64,000 bases of DNA from Eubacteriales bacterium (GTDB taxonomy: Bacteria; Bacillota; Clostridia; Oscillospirales; CAG-272): the NCBI GenBank assembly GCA_045649925.1, contig JAZRQS010000040.1, positions 1,499-65,498 on the forward strand, written 5' to 3'. Positions 21,406 to 31,377 of this stretch are shown piece after piece; position 1 is the stretch's first letter, and the number at the start of each line of letters is the position of its first letter. The notes under the pieces were generated by a model. It was not told the origin of the DNA, searched no databases, and was given only the letters and a program-made list of their open reading frames with translations. Both the position numbers and the translations under genes were made by a program.

Positions 21406-22374
21406 TTATCTTTCCTCGCGGAAGTAGGGGAGACCGAGCGCCGCAGGGGGCTGGTTTTCCTTCTTGTTCTTTATGCCTGTGATGATAAGAACCACGATGG
21501 TTACGAGGAAGGGGAGCATCTTGAATATTTCCTTGCTCGCAAGGGAGATGCCGGGGATATACTCTGCCGCTACATAGAATGCACCGAACACTATTGAGCA
21601 GAATATACCGAAGGTAGGCTTCCAGGTTGTGAATATAACGAGCGCTACACACAGCCAGCCTATAGCGTCTATTACGTATTCCCAGTTTCCGTTGAGGTAG
21701 TCCATGACGAACATAAGACCGCCAAGACCTGAAACGGCACAGCCTATGCAGGTAGCCAAGTATCTGTATCTGTTTACATTGATGCCTGCTGCGTCTGCGG
21801 TAGCAGGGTTTTCACCGACGGCACGAAGGTGAAGTCCGACCTTCGTCTTGTTCAATACAAACGACGTAATCAGCGCCACTATAATGGCGAGGTAAACCAT
21901 TATTCCGTAGGAGAAAAACAGCTTTCCAAACCAGCCCAAGCTCTTTGCGAAGGGGAGAGTAGCATTGAAGAACTTTGCGCCTGCTGTGAACTTGTAGCCC
22001 TCGACTGACGCTATCATAAAGTCGGAAATACCGACTCCGAGCGTAGTCATTGCAAGACCTGTAACGTTCTGGTTAGCGTGAAGCGAGTCGGTGAGGAAGG
22101 AGAAGATAAGTCCCATAAGTGCGCTACCTATGATCGTAGCAAGTATAGGCACGAGGACTGCGAGTACGGATACGCGCTCCATTCCACGTCTGCCACCTAC
22201 GATGTCAAATAGTATAGCCTCTGCCACGCATCCGCAGGCAGTGCCGACACACATAACACCGGGCAAGCCGAGGTTGAGGTGTCCTGATTTCTCGGTAATA
22301 GTCTCGCCCGTTGAACCGAAGAGAAGTACCATACCGAACTTTATCGCGCTTACAAGAAAGGTTATAATTGCCAT
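21406..22374 (-). CDS. Nucleoside/sugar ABC transporter permease (BPD_transp_2)
   Basis: EKSGHLNLGLPG, LRAVGENPATADAAGINV. Confidence 0.9.
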   Translation of the reverse strand: MAIITFLVSAIKFGMVLLFGSTGETITEKSGHLNLGLPGVMCVGTACGCVAEAILFDIVGGRRGMERVSVLAVLVPILATIIGSALMGLIFSFLTDSLHANQNVTGLAMTTLGVGISDFMIASVEGYKFTAGAKFFNATLPFAKSLGWFGKLFFSYGIMVYLAIIVALITSFVLNKTKVGLHLRAVGENPATADAAGINVNRYRYLATCIGCAVSGLGGLMFVMDYLNGNWEYVIDAIGWLCVALVIFTTWKPTFGIFCSIVFGAFYVAAEYIPGISLASKEIFKMLPFLVTIVVLIITGIKNKKENQPPAALGLPYFREER

Positions 22375-23474
22375 TATTTATTTACCTCCTTGCTTCTTTT
22401 TCTGAAGTTGATCTTGTAGTTGATGAAGAACTCGCATCCGATTATGAGCAGGAGCACCGCGCCTATAAATATATCAGCCATTGAGGTGTCAAGGCGGTAT
22501 ATCTCACCCATAAAGCTCGTTCCTCTCTGCAAAAATACTACGAGGAAGGAGGTGAGTATCATATAAAGCGGATTGAATTTAGCGAGCCACGAAACGAGAA
22601 TTGCAGTAAAGCCTCGTCCACCTGCGATAGTGGTCGTGACCGAGCAGCTTCCGTTTGCAACAAGCAAGAATCCGATAAGTCCGCAAAGCGCACCCGAAAG
22701 TATCATTGTGCGAACGATAACGCGGGGAACGTTTATACCGATGTATTTTGCTGTGTTTTCGCTTTCGCCTACGACGGAGATTTCATATCCCTGCTTGCTG
22801 AAGCGAAGATAGATATACATTATTGCGCATATTACCAAGACAAGCACGATGTTGAGGAAGTATGAGCCGTTGAAGATCTTGGGTATAGCAAACTGAGGCA
22901 TAGGCTCAAGATTTCCCTGTGCGTTTCCGAACAGCTTGAGGAAGTAGGTGACAAACTGTATTGCTATGTAGTTCATCATAAGAGTGAAAAGCGTCTCGTT
23001 GATGTTCCACTTTGCCTTGAAGATGGCGGGAATAAGTCCCCATATACCGCCGATTATTGCAGAGAGCACGAGCGACAGACCTATAAGAACAGGGAGGGGG
23101 AGCTTGCTTCCGACGAAAAACATCATCATCGCTGATATGAGCGAGCCGACCATTACCTGACCTTCACCACCACAGTTCCAGAATTTCATCTTGAATGCGG
23201 GGGTAAGAGCAAGTGCAATACCGAGCAGTATCGCCGTATCGCTGAAAAGCACCCACGTGCGAAGCGGAGTTCCGAATGCGCCGTCAAACATTGATTTGAT
23301 GAGGGTTATCGGGTTTTCCTTTGAGAGAATAAGCATTACTATCGACATTATGACGAAGGATGCAACGACTGCAAGGGCTCTTGCAAGAATTGAGCGTGTA
23401 AGGCTTACACTGCTTCTCTTGGTTATATGAAAGAGTGGCTCTGTGTTTTTATGCATATTTGCTTTATTACTCAT
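22374..23474 (-). CDS. Nucleoside/sugar ABC transporter permease (BPD_transp_2)
   Basis: WNCGGEGQ, NETLFTLMMNY, VGESENTAKYIGI, GGRGFTAILV. Confidence 0.9.
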   Translation of the reverse strand: MSNKANMHKNTEPLFHITKRSSVSLTRSILARALAVVASFVIMSIVMLILSKENPITLIKSMFDGAFGTPLRTWVLFSDTAILLGIALALTPAFKMKFWNCGGEGQVMVGSLISAMMMFFVGSKLPLPVLIGLSLVLSAIIGGIWGLIPAIFKAKWNINETLFTLMMNYIAIQFVTYFLKLFGNAQGNLEPMPQFAIPKIFNGSYFLNIVLVLVICAIMYIYLRFSKQGYEISVVGESENTAKYIGINVPRVIVRTMILSGALCGLIGFLLVANGSCSVTTTIAGGRGFTAILVSWLAKFNPLYMILTSFLVVFLQRGTSFMGEIYRLDTSMADIFIGAVLLLIIGCEFFINYKINFRKRSKEVNK

Positions 23475-25011
23475 TAGAGCTTCCTCCTTGTACGTTGTGC
23501 TTGGTCATAAGCAGACCGATTTCTTCCTTGGTCGTGTTACGGGCGTCTACTATGCCTGTGACCTGTCCCGATGCGATGACGAGTATTCTGTCACAAAGCT
23601 CAATAAGAACGTCGAGGTCCTCACCTACGAAGATAACTGCGACGCCGAGCTCCTTCTGCTTGTTCAAAAGGTTGTAGATACAGTAGGAGGCGTTTATGTC
23701 AAGCCCTCGTACGGGATAAGCCGCCATAAATACCGAGGGTGCGGCGGAAATCTCTCGTCCGACAAGCACCTTCTGTATATTACCACCGGAAAGTCTGCGT
23801 ACGGGCGTGTATTCGTCGGGGGTTATAATGTTGAGGTCGTTTATGAGCTCCATTGCGAGATCGTGGGGGTTGTCTCTATCGAGGAATACGGAGCGACCAC
23901 GCTTGTAGCTACGGAGCATAACGTTGTCTACTATGTCCATATTGCCGACAAGTCCCATTCCGAGACGGTCCTCAGGCACGAAAGAAAGTCGTACGCCAAG
24001 CTCGGAAATCTGCAAGGGTGTCTTGTCACGAAGATTTTCCTCTGCGTTTGTGTCGGGGTTGTGATAGATTATGTTACCGGAATCAATGTGGTACAGACCT
24101 GCAATTGACTCGAGGAGCTCTCGCTGGCCGGAGCCTGCAATTCCTGCAATACCGAGTATTTCTCCTGCACGAGCAGTAAAGGAAATGTTGTCAAGTGTGG
24201 TAATTCCGTCGGAGTTCTTGCTGCATATATTTTCAACGACGAGCCTGTCACATACGTTTTTTGGCTCTGTGCGTTCAATGTTCAACTCTATTTTCTCACC
24301 CATCATCATTTCGGTAAGCTCACGCTCGTTGGTGCTTGCGGTCTCTACTGTAGCGATATGCTCGCCCTTGCGCATTACTGCGACTCTGTCAGACAGAGAG
24401 AGCACTTCGTGCATCTTGTGGGTGATGATTATTATGGATTTGCCGTCGTTTCTCATACGGCGGAGTATGTCGAAAAGCTTTTCTATTTCCTGAGGCGTGA
24501 GCACTGCGGTGGGCTCGTCAAGAATGAGAATATCTGCGCCTCTGTAGAGCACCTTTACTATTTCGACAGTCTGCTTTTCGGAGACAGACATTTCGTGTAT
24601 CTTTTTCTCTGGATTTAACTGAAATCCGTATTTCTCACTTATCTCGGCGACACGGCGGTCTACCTCGGAGAGCTTGAATTTGCCAGCTTCCTTTATGCCG
24701 AGAACTATATTTTCACTTGCGGAAAAGACATCAACAAGCTTGAAATGCTGATGTATCATTCCTATTTTGTGCTTGAACGCGTCCTTTGGAGATTTGATAA
24801 CGACGCTCTCGCCGTCTACGAATATCTCTCCCTCGTCAGGGTAGTAGATGCCCGCTATCATATTCACCATAGACGTCTTGCCACTTCCGTTTTCACCGAG
24901 AATTGCGAGTATCTCACCCTTTTCAAGAGTGAGGTCTACATTTTTGTTGGCGTACTTGTCGCCAAATCGCTTGGATATGTTCTTTAATTCAAGAGCAGCA
25001 GTAGTTTTCAC
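23467..25011 (-). CDS. CUT2-type ABC ATPase with tandem NBDs
   Basis: GENGSGKT, ILILDEPT, LSGGNIQK. Confidence 0.93.
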   Translation of the reverse strand: MKTTAALELKNISKRFGDKYANKNVDLTLEKGEILAILGENGSGKTSMVNMIAGIYYPDEGEIFVDGESVVIKSPKDAFKHKIGMIHQHFKLVDVFSASENIVLGIKEAGKFKLSEVDRRVAEISEKYGFQLNPEKKIHEMSVSEKQTVEIVKVLYRGADILILDEPTAVLTPQEIEKLFDILRRMRNDGKSIIIITHKMHEVLSLSDRVAVMRKGEHIATVETASTNERELTEMMMGEKIELNIERTEPKNVCDRLVVENICSKNSDGITTLDNISFTARAGEILGIAGIAGSGQRELLESIAGLYHIDSGNIIYHNPDTNAEENLRDKTPLQISELGVRLSFVPEDRLGMGLVGNMDIVDNVMLRSYKRGRSVFLDRDNPHDLAMELINDLNIITPDEYTPVRRLSGGNIQKVLVGREISAAPSVFMAAYPVRGLDINASYCIYNLLNKQKELGVAVIFVGEDLDVLIELCDRILVIASGQVTGIVDARNTTKEEIGLLMTKHNVQGGSSNE

Positions 25012-25034
25012 TTGTTTCCTCCGCGCAATATTTT

Positions 25035-25073
25035 AAAAAAAGTATCAGGCGGAGCGGTAAGGCTCCGCCTGAC
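25035..25073 (-). terminator. Intra-operonic hairpin plus U-tract after the BMP gene
   Basis: Minus strand GTCAGGCGGAGC...GCTCCGCCTGATACTTTTTTT. Confidence 0.7.
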
Positions 25074-25100
25074 AGGCAACGGGATAAGTCCCGTATGAAA

Positions 25101-26336
25101 TTAATACTTCTCGTTAAGAAGAGTGATTCCGTCGATTCTGAGATCGAAGGAAGGAGCAGAGATAGCCTCAGACTCGTGGAAGTAGCCGTCTGCGATGTTA
25201 GCGTTATCCTCGTTTGTGAGAGTCTTGCCTGCTACTGTAAAGCTATCAGTTGTGAATACGTTGAGTGTGCCAGCCTTGAAATCAGCGATAGCCTTCTCAA
25301 TAGCTTCAACTGTGCCTTCAGCAGCGACGTCGAGGTTGATACCTGTAAGAACTACAGAGCCCTCGTCGATACCACCGCACCAGTTAGCAGCGATGTCCTC
25401 GCCATTAACGTAGCACTCTGTGATGTACATGTAGTAGGGAGCCCAGTTGATAGCGGAAGAAACGATGAATGTCTCGGGACAAGCCTCGTATGTGCTTCCG
25501 TTGTAGGAAACGTTAGGAACGTTTGCAGCCTCGCATGCGCCAGGAGCGCCCATGGAGTCAGCGTGCTGAGAAATAAGTACGCAATCTCTTGCGATAAGAG
25601 CCTCAGCAGCGTTCTTCTCAGATGTTACGTCATACCAAGAACCTGTGAACTGTACGTCCATAGTAACTGTGGGGCAAACAGACTTTGCGCCGAGGTAGAA
25701 GGATGTGTATCCGGAAATAACCTCTGCATATGTGTAAGCACCAACGTAGCCCATCTTAGCCTCGTCAGCTGTGATCTCGCCCGCCTCGATCATCTCGTTG
25801 AGCTTGAGACCTGCAGCGATACCTGCAAGGAATCTACCCTGATAGATGGAAGCGAAAGCATTGTGGAAGTTTGCAAGACCCTTTTCAGCAGCAGTTACGC
25901 CTGTAGCATGGCAGAACTGAACCTCGGGGTAGTCAACAGCAGCCTGTGCAATGTAGGGCTCGTGACCAAAGGAGTTAGCGAAAATGATTTTGCAGCCCTG
26001 GCTTACAAGGTCAACAGCAGCTTCGTAGCACTTCTCGGTCTCTTCAATGTTTCTCTTGATGATAACCTGCTCGTTGGTAAGACCGAGAGCTTCCTGATAT
26101 CTGAGAACAGCATTGATGAAGTTGAGGTCATAGGTGGAGGATTCATCGTGCAAGCAGATGAATCCGATCTTGAAATCTGCGGGAACTTCGAAGTCAGCCT
26201 CGAGTGTGGGGATAGCGAGAGGGGACTCACTCATGCCCTTCAACTCGTCCTGAACGTCACCGCAGGATGCGAAGGAGATAGCGATTGTGCAAAGCAATGT
26301 CGCTACAAGAATAAGGGATAACGCTTTTTTGAACAT
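25101..26336 (-). CDS. BMP-family ABC substrate-binding lipoprotein (probably purine nucleoside)
   Basis: Lipobox FASC, ANSFGH, YQGRFLAGIAAG, FTGSWYD, ISQHADS. Confidence 0.9.
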   Translation of the reverse strand: MFKKALSLILVATLLCTIAISFASCGDVQDELKGMSESPLAIPTLEADFEVPADFKIGFICLHDESSTYDLNFINAVLRYQEALGLTNEQVIIKRNIEETEKCYEAAVDLVSQGCKIIFANSFGHEPYIAQAAVDYPEVQFCHATGVTAAEKGLANFHNAFASIYQGRFLAGIAAGLKLNEMIEAGEITADEAKMGYVGAYTYAEVISGYTSFYLGAKSVCPTVTMDVQFTGSWYDVTSEKNAAEALIARDCVLISQHADSMGAPGACEAANVPNVSYNGSTYEACPETFIVSSAINWAPYYMYITECYVNGEDIAANWCGGIDEGSVVLTGINLDVAAEGTVEAIEKAIADFKAGTLNVFTTDSFTVAGKTLTNEDNANIADGYFHESEAISAPSFDLRIDGITLLNEKY

Positions 26337-26464
26337 TTTAATGTTCCTCCTTAATATTGTTTTGGTCCGTAGAAGTGTCTGCGGATCTTGCTATATCTAT
26401 AAAAGCCGGGGGCTTTTACAAACCATAAATAATTACATTTTACACGCCTTCGATAATATACTCT

Positions 26465-26493
26465 ATGTTAGCACATTTTTTCAAATTTGTCAA
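26465..26493 (-). promoter_or_regulatory. SigmaA promoter for the BMP-ABC operon
   Basis: Minus strand TTGACA-17-TAACAT with extended TG. Confidence 0.7.
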
Positions 26494-26658
26494 CAAAATG
26501 AAACAAATTTAGAGCAATTTTTTACATATTTATAATATATCTTTATATATGTCCTTGCTTTTCACGAGCAAAAGTAATAAAATAATAATGAACTGATAAA
26601 AAAGCGCTGTCCGAATGAGATTTTGGGCACGGCAAGGATAGAAAACGGGGAGGAAAAT

Positions 26659-27183
26659 ATGAAAAGAGCGTTGGTTATAGGATGCCCGGGCAGTGGCAAA
26701 AGCACGTTTTCACGTGAGCTTCATAAAAAAACAGGACTCGCGCTCTATCACCTCGATATGATGTATTGGCGTGAGGACGGAACGACAGTCGAGCGAGAGC
26801 TTTTTCTTCGTCGCTTGCAGGACGCTCTTGAAAAAGACGAGTGGATAATAGACGGAAACTATCAGTCCACGCTCGCCCACCGTCTTGAAAGGTGCGACAC
26901 CGTCTTTTTCCTCGACTACCCTGCCTCCGTCTGCCTCGACGGTATCCGAAGGAGGATAGGTAAAAGGCGCGACGACATTCCGTGGGTTGAAAGGGAGGAG
27001 AGCGAGGAGCTCGTCACCTTTGTCGAGAGCTTTCGTGAGAGAGTGCGTCCGGGGATATTACAGCTCCTTTCACAAAATACTGATAAGCGCGTAGTGATTT
27101 TTACGAGCCGAGAGGAAGCTGACGCATATTTAGCGCATATTCGGAGAGATGCGTATCGTAAGGGGGAAGAAAATCTCTTTTGA
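26659..27183 (+). CDS. FlaR/adenylate-kinase-like P-loop protein
   Basis: VIGCPGSGKSTFS, YHLD..YW, WIIDGNY. Confidence 0.85.
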   Translation: MKRALVIGCPGSGKSTFSRELHKKTGLALYHLDMMYWREDGTTVERELFLRRLQDALEKDEWIIDGNYQSTLAHRLERCDTVFFLDYPASVCLDGIRRRIGKRRDDIPWVEREESEELVTFVESFRERVRPGILQLLSQNTDKRVVIFTSREEADAYLAHIRRDAYRKGEENLF

Positions 27184-27206
27184 TTACTTGCTTTTTTGCT
27201 TTTATA

Positions 27207-27235
27207 TTGACAAATTCATTTATGTAAAGTATAAT
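27207..27235 (+). promoter_or_regulatory. Consensus sigmaA promoter for the MFS gene
   Basis: TTGACA-17-TATAAT. Confidence 0.85.
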
Positions 27236-27241
27236 TATCAG

Positions 27242-27285
27242 TAGCTATAGTACAAGGAAAATCAATAGCTATAGTACAAGGAAAA
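27242..27285 (+). repeat. 20-nt direct repeat, 2 copies, period 24, in the 5' UTR
   Basis: TAGCTATAGTACAAGGAAAA at 27242 and 27266. Confidence 0.9.
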
Positions 27286-27294
27286 AGGAATGTT

Positions 27295-28533
27295 ATGGAA
27301 AACAATATCAGTAATACAGAAATAAATAACAATTCACAATTAAACAAGAGATGGAGCATACTCCTTGCAGGTGTCATAACAATGCTCTTCGCAGGAGTTA
27401 TATATGCGTGGTCGATACTTAAGGTGCCGCTTTCGGAGCAATACGGCTGGAGCGAGACAATGCTCGCTCTCAACTATACCTTTACGGCGATATTCTTCTG
27501 CACTGGCGGATTTGTCGGAAGCAGACTGTCTCGTCTTATGGGGGTTAAAAAATCCATTATGCTCGCCGCACTCTTTTCAAGCGGTGGTATAATCCTTACA
27601 GGTGTCATAAACTCTCCCTCCGTCATCTGCCTTTTCATAACCTACGCCCTGATGGCAGGTGGAGGAATAGGAATAGCGTACAATGTGCTTGTTTCCACTA
27701 TATCCGCTTGGTTTACGGACAAAAAGGGCTTGTGTTCGGGCGCTCTTATGATGAGCTACAGCTTCAGCACCTTTATGCTTGGAAAGGTGGCGAGCAGACT
27801 GTTTGACTTGGACGCTTTCGGCTGGAGAAGGACCTATGTTTTGCTTGGCATCGTGCTAGGCTTGGGGCTCTTGCTTGCCGCATTTACATTGAGACTTCCT
27901 CCGCAGACGCTTTCGCTTCCTCAAAAGAAGAAGCTCGGTGACGAAGGTGAGGCAGAGAGCTCAACGCCTGGAGAAATGCTGAAAAGCTTTACTTTCTGGC
28001 GTGCATTTTTGGGACTTTCCCTCCTCTCCGCTGTGGGAAGCACTGTGATAAGCCTTGCTCGTGATTTAGCGCTCTCGTTTGGCGCATCGGTCTCTCTTGC
28101 GACTACGCTCGTCGGCGTGCTCGCAATATGCAACGGCTTTGGCAGAATTCTGACGGGTATCGTTTTTGACACGCTCGGCAGACGCATTACCATGATAGGC
28201 GCAGGAGTGCTTACCGTGGTTGCGGCGGCAGTCACGCTTGTTGCGCTCCTGAATTCGTCGCTTGTTCTGGGTATTATCGGACTCTGCCTTACGGGTATGT
28301 CATACGGCACATCTCCTACAGTATCGGCAGCGTTTACTGCCTCCTTCTATGGACCGAAGCACTTTGCGACCAACTTCAGTATTATGAACTTCAATCTGGT
28401 GCTGGCATCGTTTGTCGTCACCCTCAGCTCCTCAATAATGACCTCTACAGGTGGATATATTGCGCCCTTCATTTTGCTCGTAGGTCTTGCGCTTTTGTCT
28501 CTTGCGCTCTATATCAGTATAAAGAAAAAATAA
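27295..28533 (+). CDS. MFS transporter, OFA (oxalate:formate antiporter-like) family
   Basis: 12 TM; GVIYAWSILK, WFTDKKGLCSG, NGFGRILTG. Confidence 0.88.
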   Translation: MENNISNTEINNNSQLNKRWSILLAGVITMLFAGVIYAWSILKVPLSEQYGWSETMLALNYTFTAIFFCTGGFVGSRLSRLMGVKKSIMLAALFSSGGIILTGVINSPSVICLFITYALMAGGGIGIAYNVLVSTISAWFTDKKGLCSGALMMSYSFSTFMLGKVASRLFDLDAFGWRRTYVLLGIVLGLGLLLAAFTLRLPPQTLSLPQKKKLGDEGEAESSTPGEMLKSFTFWRAFLGLSLLSAVGSTVISLARDLALSFGASVSLATTLVGVLAICNGFGRILTGIVFDTLGRRITMIGAGVLTVVAAAVTLVALLNSSLVLGIIGLCLTGMSYGTSPTVSAAFTASFYGPKHFATNFSIMNFNLVLASFVVTLSSSIMTSTGGYIAPFILLVGLALLSLALYISIKKK

Positions 28534-28584
28534 CGAAAAATTTATATCAACAGCTATATCAACAGCTTTAGGGGGTATCGTCAG

Positions 28585-31257
28585 ATGCGAATAGATGAGT
28601 TTTTCTACAAACAGCCTGAGCCGAGCTTTATCGAATGGCTCAAAAGCCCCTTGCATACAAAGGCGCCTGATGGCTTCGGCAAAAGAGAAAAGAAGGCCGG
28701 CGAGGCTTGCGCGAATGGCGCATACATAGGAAAGTGCAACCCTGAATGGAAGGAAACACTTGAAAGTGCGACGAGTGATTTTGAGACATTTCTTCGTGTT
28801 TCGGGTGTGTGTGGTGATAAATACCCTGTAAATATTGAGTACAAGGACGGATTTTCAGAGGAGAGCTACTCTATTGTGGTAGAGTGCGACGGCTGTACCA
28901 TCTATTCCTCCGACTCCGAGGGCGCACGACGCGCCATTTACTATATTGAGGAGGAAATGATAAAGCGAGAGGGCCCGTTCTTGCCCTTGGGAGAGCGTGT
29001 GCGCACCTGCGCAATAACGAGACGAATCACGCGTGGATTTTTCTCCCCCACAAATCGTCCTCCCAAGTTTGGCGACGAGCTCCTCGATGAGATAGACTAT
29101 TACCCCGAAAACTACCTCAGCCGACTTGCGCACAACGGCACAAACGGCTTGTGGATATATACGAGCTTTGCCCAGCTTGTAAGCTCGCCCTATATGCCAA
29201 GCGATGAGGAAAGCTGTCAGGCGAGAATGGAAAAGCTCCGTCGTGTAGTCGAAAGATGCAAGAAATACGGAGTAAAGGTCTACATCTTTGCCATTGAGCC
29301 TATCGGCTTGCCAAAGGATAAGCGTGAGCCCTATCGTGATATGCTCGGCCTTGACGACATCAATGGAGAGAGAATGCCACTACGCCCCTTCTGTCCGAGA
29401 GTTGACAAGACAAGAGAGCATGTTATCTATTGCATTGAGTATATTTTCAAGTCCATTCCCGACCTTGCGGGATATATCAGCATAACGGCAGGCGAGCGTC
29501 CTACCACCTGCGCCTCTGTAATGCAATATGCGAACTGCCCCAGATGCTCCAAGTATTCAAGAGGCGAAAATCTCGCCAACAGCGTGAATATGATAAAGGA
29601 AGGACTTCGCAGAGCAGGTACAGGAGCAGAGTTTGTCAGCTGGACCTACAACCACAGATATTGGCCCGACGAGGACATCTGCGAGTACATAGAGAAAACT
29701 CCCGACGACATTGTAATAATGCAGAACTTCGAGGACAGAGGACTCGACGACCAGCTCGGCAGAAAGAGAATTGCGTGGGACTACTGGCTCTCTTATCCCG
29801 GTCCGTCTGACATGTTTGCATTGTCGGCTCGCACCGCAAAGGCGAGCGGAAAGCGCTCGTATGCAAAAATGCAGGTCTGCACCTCGCACGAGATGGCGAC
29901 CGTGCCCTATATCCCTGCCCCCGGTATCCTCTTTGACAAATACAAGGAGGCGAGAGCGCTCGGCGTTTCGGGTATTATGGAGTGCTGGTACTTCGGAAAC
30001 TACCCCTCACTTATGAATCGCGCATCGACCGAGCTTTCCTACCTTGAGGATTTCTCTGACAAGTCGGCATTCGTGCGCGAGCTTGCCTCACGCCTTTACG
30101 GTGAGTCAAAGGCAGACGCCATCGGTCGCGCTTGGGAGGAGTTTGAGAGGGGATACAGAAACTGTCCCACAAACATAATGTTCAGCTACTACGGCCCTAT
30201 GCACGATGGTATTGCGTGGGAGCTTTCTCCTATACCGAAAAACAACGCCCTTTCACGCTCGTGGTTGCTCCTTGATGTGCCCGACGGCGACAGAATAGGC
30301 GAGTGCCTTTTCCAAGGACATACGCTCGACGAGGCTATAACGCTCGCAGACAGAATGAGCGAGTCTTGGTCACGTGGCGTCGAGATGTTGCCTATGTCTG
30401 ACGATGACGAGCACCGGGTTTGCTCGGAGGCGATAGGCCTGCTTATGAAGTCGGGAAGAAACATTCTCGCCTTCTATCGCTTGAGAGAGGCGCTTGGTAC
30501 AGAAAGCGCAGACGCCCTCACAACACTCGCAGAAATGGAAACAATTGTTTACAACGAAATTGAAAGCTCCGAGAAAATGATACGACTTTGCGAGCTTGAT
30601 CCGAGAATAGGCTATCACTCCGAGGCAGAGGGCTTCAAGTTCTTCCCTGAAAAGCTGAAGGCAAGAATAGAAAAGCTCAGACGCCTCTTTGACACCGATT
30701 TCAAGGAGATAAGAGAAAGAATAGAGTCAGGCAAAAAGCCTCTTGGCTACTATTACGCCGAGGGTGAGGATTATTATCCTCTCGCCTTTGATAAGGACAA
30801 GATGAAGATGGTTGACCTTGACGAGCACAGAAGAGTCGGACTCTATGTCGACGGCGATGAGATAAAAATTCCTATCAGCTGTGTAAAGGATGACCCCATT
30901 TTCACTTGCTTTGAGTTTAAGCTTTTCTGCCCCGAAAGTCTTGTAAAGTACTACCCTGAAACAGGCTTGAGACTCGGCGACGGCGTTTTGTCGCATCAGT
31001 CCGTCTACGGTGAGGAAATGATACGAAACGAGCTTTCCAAGTGGAGAATGGAAACGAAGATCGACGGTGACAGAGCAGAGCACCTGCTTTGCGTAAAGAT
31101 TCCGAATGAAAAGTGGAATCGCAAGACGGCGATAAAGTTCTTCATAATAGTGGGAGATGGCATCTGGATTCCCGATACGCCCGACAAAGTCGTTACTCTC
31201 GGCAAGGGCGACATTCCCCCCACGAGATTCGGATTTTTGCTTCCCACAGTGGAATGA
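28585..31257 (+). CDS. Large hypothetical protein with an N-terminal GH20/GH67-type zincin-like domain; possible glycoside hydrolase
   Basis: 890 aa; EESYSIVVECDGCTIYSSDSEGARRAIYYI resembles GH20 domain 2; no signal peptide. Confidence 0.6.
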   Translation: MRIDEFFYKQPEPSFIEWLKSPLHTKAPDGFGKREKKAGEACANGAYIGKCNPEWKETLESATSDFETFLRVSGVCGDKYPVNIEYKDGFSEESYSIVVECDGCTIYSSDSEGARRAIYYIEEEMIKREGPFLPLGERVRTCAITRRITRGFFSPTNRPPKFGDELLDEIDYYPENYLSRLAHNGTNGLWIYTSFAQLVSSPYMPSDEESCQARMEKLRRVVERCKKYGVKVYIFAIEPIGLPKDKREPYRDMLGLDDINGERMPLRPFCPRVDKTREHVIYCIEYIFKSIPDLAGYISITAGERPTTCASVMQYANCPRCSKYSRGENLANSVNMIKEGLRRAGTGAEFVSWTYNHRYWPDEDICEYIEKTPDDIVIMQNFEDRGLDDQLGRKRIAWDYWLSYPGPSDMFALSARTAKASGKRSYAKMQVCTSHEMATVPYIPAPGILFDKYKEARALGVSGIMECWYFGNYPSLMNRASTELSYLEDFSDKSAFVRELASRLYGESKADAIGRAWEEFERGYRNCPTNIMFSYYGPMHDGIAWELSPIPKNNALSRSWLLLDVPDGDRIGECLFQGHTLDEAITLADRMSESWSRGVEMLPMSDDDEHRVCSEAIGLLMKSGRNILAFYRLREALGTESADALTTLAEMETIVYNEIESSEKMIRLCELDPRIGYHSEAEGFKFFPEKLKARIEKLRRLFDTDFKEIRERIESGKKPLGYYYAEGEDYYPLAFDKDKMKMVDLDEHRRVGLYVDGDEIKIPISCVKDDPIFTCFEFKLFCPESLVKYYPETGLRLGDGVLSHQSVYGEEMIRNELSKWRMETKIDGDRAEHLLCVKIPNEKWNRKTAIKFFIIVGDGIWIPDTPDKVVTLGKGDIPPTRFGFLLPTVE

Positions 31258-31320
31258 TTTTCTTGTCCGATATACTTTTGATGTGAGCGATGTCACAGCA
31301 GGGCATCGACACAACATAAA

Positions 31321-31360
31321 AGAAAGCTATTTGCTTTTGGCAAATAGCTTTCTTTTTTTC
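31321..31360. terminator. Terminator between convergent genes
   Basis: 14-bp stem AGAAAGCTATTTGC/GCAAATAGCTTTCT followed by a T-run. Confidence 0.85.
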
Positions 31361-31377
31361 ATCTATCAGCACCACAT

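Noticed and set aside
25095-26321. 408-aa plus-strand ORF
   Set aside because: Exact antisense of the BMP lipoprotein, which has a lipobox, RBS and family motifs.
26337-26460. Purine riboswitch in the BMP leader (ATGG and TCTAC words present)
   Set aside because: The spacing between the words is far too long and the P2/P3 kissing-loop pattern is absent.
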